Of a stretch of DNA of 64,000 nucleotides, positions 60,523 through 64,000 are shown in pieces. Made by a program: the position numbers and the translations under genes. The notes under the pieces were generated by a model, which saw nothing but the letters and a program-made list of their open reading frames with translations, made no database searches and had not been told where the DNA came from. Every line of letters starts with the position of its first letter. Positions within the stretch are counted from its first letter, which is position 1. Source of the stretch: Chlorokybus atmophyticus (taxonomy: Eukaryota > Plantae > Mesostigma and Chlorokybus algae); the NCBI GenBank assembly GCA_009103225.1, contig RHPI01002119.1:248001-312000 (forward strand), written 5' to 3'.

Positions 60523-63500
60523 ATGCTATCGTCAGCGCTGCGCCGCTCCTTGCGGCATGGCGTGGCGTCTGTCCCGCGGGTGCGTGCAGCAGTTGTTGTC
60601 AATCAACCTCCCAAGCATTGCATTGCACTTACTTGGGCAAGCATTTCTGGGCAGCAGACTGGCTCTGTGCAATATACAAGCATTGCTTGATGTGGCTGAA
60701 GAGTATGCGGTTGTTGGAGTGTTTTGTACATCCGAGCAACTTATGTTTGCTCAACACCTCCATTCTGTGTGATGATCATTTCATTGTTGCTGCGATCCGA
60801 AATGCCATCTTTGCTTGGGTGTTCACAAATAGCCTTTTGGCGTTTTGTCGTTACCCTGCAAAACCTGTTGACAATGCATGCATGCGCGCGAAAGCGCGTT
60901 GCTTGACCTGCACTGACTGCTTGTCTTCAGCGTATACTGCACAGCTGCGAAGCTGTATGTGTGCATGTTTTGTCAGAGGAGCTGTTGCACTTGCATTGTA
61001 AAGAGTGGGATTGTTGGGATAGTGTGCTGTGTACGGCGTACAATATAATTGAAAACGTTGCGTGCAAGTTTCTTTCACTACAACACGGGTATTTTTCTGC
61101 ATTGTCTGCGATGTGCATGTGCTGACCGGGTGCTTGATTGCCCAGGCTATTGCTGGGTCAGAGCGACACATTGCCACACGCACAGAGCCATTGCTCAGGG
61201 CAGTTCCCGCTACAGTCGCTCCCTCAGCTGAGAAGCCCGGGTTTCTGGCATCATTGTTTGGGAAAAGTGTCACAAAGGTATTATCATAACAAGTCTCATA
61301 TTGTGAACAGCAAGTAAGGACTGACGAACTGTTTTCTACCTTGGGGACTATGGTTTGTGTGAGTGCATGCATTGTGTCTGACGTGTCCTGGTGCAGGTTG
61401 ACGTGCCATTGACACAAGCGCTGCCGGGAGTGTCAATACCAGAGCCAGAAACTCCTTCAGCAACACCTCCAGAGACACGCATAACCACTCTGGACAATGG
61501 CTTGAGGATTGCATCTGAGAACACTGTGGTACGCCTTAGCTGTCCTGCGTGCACGAGTGCTGGACACGGACTATGCGCGCACTTGTTGCAATGTTGGGTT
61601 CTTGGTCGTGCAGGGCGCCAGCACGACGGTCGGTATCTATGTGGACTCGGGTAGCCAGTATGAGAACGCAAGCAACAGCGGCGTGTCGCATCTGCTGGAG
61701 CACATGGCTTTCAAAGGCACCAGACACCGCTCGCACTTCCGTCTCGTGCGCGAAATTGAAGCCATTGGTGCCAACGTGCATGCATCAGGTAGGCAGAAGT
61801 CTCATGACGGCTTTCACAACCAAACACTCATCAAAGTTTGTTGTTGCATTGTAAGCAGTTCCAATTAGGTTGAGCTGTTGACTTATCTAATCTATCCTCG
61901 CGTTGTCTTCACCTCATCTCCTGGCAGCGTCGCGGGAGCAAATGGCTTACACCATGGATATCTTGCGGCCGCATCTTGCGCCTGCTGTAGAGCTACTAGC
62001 AGACAGTGTATTGAACCCAGCTTTCTTTCCTTGGGAGGTTAAAGAACAGGTACTGGCCTCTTTTGCGTTTGGTGCTGTCAGGTCACGTCTTCATGGGCAA
62101 CATGGCTTGAAGTACATTTTGCACGCACGCAGTCCTATTACATGCTTGGTGTGCAGTTGAACAAAATGAAGTCGGAGATTGAGGACCTGAAAAATAACCT
62201 GCAAAGCATGGTGCTTGAAGCCCTCAACTCTGTGGCCTTTACCGGCGGGCTTGGCCGCCCTTTGATTGCTCCAGAGCACGCTCTCGGCACACTGAACGCC
62301 TCATTGTTAGAAGAATTCGTGCAGGTATGAACACAAGCACTCGACAGTAGGTGATTACGTTATGCATTCACTATTTGTCAGCAGTCTATGATCGCTTGTT
62401 TTGGTTGAGCTCAAATCTGCAGCTAAAACGTTTGAGAGGTCATGTGTGAAAGAACGCTGTTAGTGCTGAGATAAATTTGCTGTTTTGTTGCTGCTGATGA
62501 CAGGCAAACTATGCTGCGCCTCGCATTGTGGTTGCGGCATCTGGGGCTATCCATGAAGAGCTTGTGCACCTTGCAAAGCCCTACTTTGAGGGTTTGCCCA
62601 AGGTTGCATCCACAACAACGCCAACCTCTCATTATGTTGGAGGAGACTGGCGCGCTGCAAAGGATAGCCCGGTATGTTTTGTCTGTTTGAATCTTCTCCA
62701 CCTTGAAGTATTGTGGAGAATGTTGCGCAGTGTGCACTTGCTCGTGCTGTTGCACATGTCTGTTTTGGCATGTATCAAGCATGTGGGCTCTGGCTGACTG
62801 TGCAAGTGATGTGCTCGTGTGATTTTGTGGTGACAGTTGACGCATGTTGCTGTGGGCTTCGAGTTTATTGGCGGCTGGAAAGATGTCAAGAACTCGGTGA
62901 CGATGACGGTTCTTCAGGTACGTATGCTTTCTGCGAGTTGCATGTCATGGTAATGGTAATAAGACACTTGCATTGTGCACTGTGCAACCATTCCACAACG
63001 CGTTTTTTGCTGCAGATGCTGCTTGGTGGTGGTGGTGCATTCTCCTCTGGTGGTCCTGGCAAGGGCATGCACACCAGGCTATGTGAGTTTTTGATCATGA
63101 ACAAGCATGCATTTCACAGCAAGTGAATGAGCTCCTGTTGGCTAACGATGACAGCTATTGCCGGTGCAGACAAGCGCGTGTTGGTGAACTGCCCCTGGGT
63201 TGAGTCGTGCACAGCCTTCAATAGTGCGTACAACGAAACCGGCATTTTTGGCATTCACGGCACAACGGTAACTTGCTTATTTGCCCAATAACCTGTGCAC
63301 AAATGTCAGCTGTAGCTTACTCATGCAGAGGATGCTGGTTATCACAGGACGGTTCTAACATTGGAAGGCTTGTGGACATCATTGTAAAGGAGTTGCAGTC
63401 TGTTGCACAGTCTGGCTCTGGTATGTATGCTAGGACAAGTGTGAGTCGTGAGTTTGTGCGCTTTTTGCATTGTTGGCTTATCGTCATGTTCTGTTTGCAG

Positions 63501-64000
63501 TTACGGAAGAGGAGCTCTCCCGGGCAAAGAATGCAACCATATCATCAGTGTTAATGAACCTGGAGTCTCGGGTATGCTTCTTGGTCGTTGGTATGGTCCT
63601 TGTGATGGTTGGCTAACATTGCTTTTCTTGCCAGGTGGTCGTGTGCGAGGACATTGGCAGGCAAATTCTCACATCAGGGGACAGGTTCATGCAATTGATG
63701 TTGTAGTAGATGCTTGCATGTTCAGTGTTTTTGCGTGGTGCTGACTTGTGGATTGTGCGCAGGATTCCTCCGTCTCAATTTGTGAAGATGGTGCAGGAGC
63801 TGACATTGCAACAGGTGACAGAGGCAGCTCAAAGGTTGCTTCAGACGCCGCTCTCCCTTGCTTCAATTGGAGACAGTAAGTATTGCTCGCTTTCTTATTG
63901 GACTGTTCCACATGTGCTCAACAGCTGGAGAATTCATGCTCATGTGGCGCTTGCGGTCGTCACTGGTCACTGCCTTGCATGGTCACCAATAATTGGCTTG
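60523..64000 (+). CDS. MPPA: Mitochondrial processing peptidase alpha subunit (M16 family), multi-exon, 3'-partial
   Basis: Presequence MLSSALRRSLRH; TRITTLDNGLRIASE; VGIYVDSGS; SHLLEHMAFKGT..RLVREIEAIGAN..ASREQM; alpha-specific Gly-rich loop LLGGGGAFSSGGPGKGMHTRL; ELSRAKNATISSVLMNLESR; EDIGRQILT. Confidence 0.95.

Noticed and set aside
1-64000. rRNA genes, CRISPR arrays, prokaryotic operons, non-standard genetic code
   Set aside because: None seen. Conserved genes such as MAGOH and RRF translate cleanly with the standard code and end in TAG, TGA or TAA.

Overview
Intron-rich eukaryotic nuclear DNA. A plastid ribosome recycling factor, a PHT4 transporter and a plastid GNAT point to Viridiplantae, and IFT144 implies a flagellated lineage, so this is most likely a green alga. 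About 15 spliced genes are recognisable: an Aurora-like kinase, a GNAT4-like acetyltransferase, plastid RRF, HAUS4/AUG4, an RCC1-repeat protein, a PHT4/ANTR transporter, an NHL+BTB protein, mago nashi, a LEA_2-like membrane protein, a cytochrome P450, an ASHH2/SDG8-like H3K36 methyltransferase, EAF, IFT144/WDR19 and MPP-alpha (3'-partial). Mobile DNA includes an RLE-type LINE fragment, a Ty3/gypsy pol remnant, a pogo-like MITE and two copies of a miniature LTR element. The most striking observation is that miniature element. The larger copy (32788-33850, minus) reads LTR-A/PBS1/int1/PPT1/LTR-B/PBS2/int2/PPT2/LTR-A, with two unrelated LTR types, each having its own PBS and PPT. The smaller copy (22012-22520, plus) is a deletion derivative. 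The two copies carry reciprocally swapped 5-bp target-site duplications, which implies the 10.3 kb between them is inverted (by recombination or by an assembly flip). Other notable points are an MPP-alpha with an intact HXXEH...E zinc motif, a perfect 36-bp pre-miRNA-like hairpin, and telo-boxes near several start codons. Exon boundaries were read by eye and are approximate. The assembly has N gaps.
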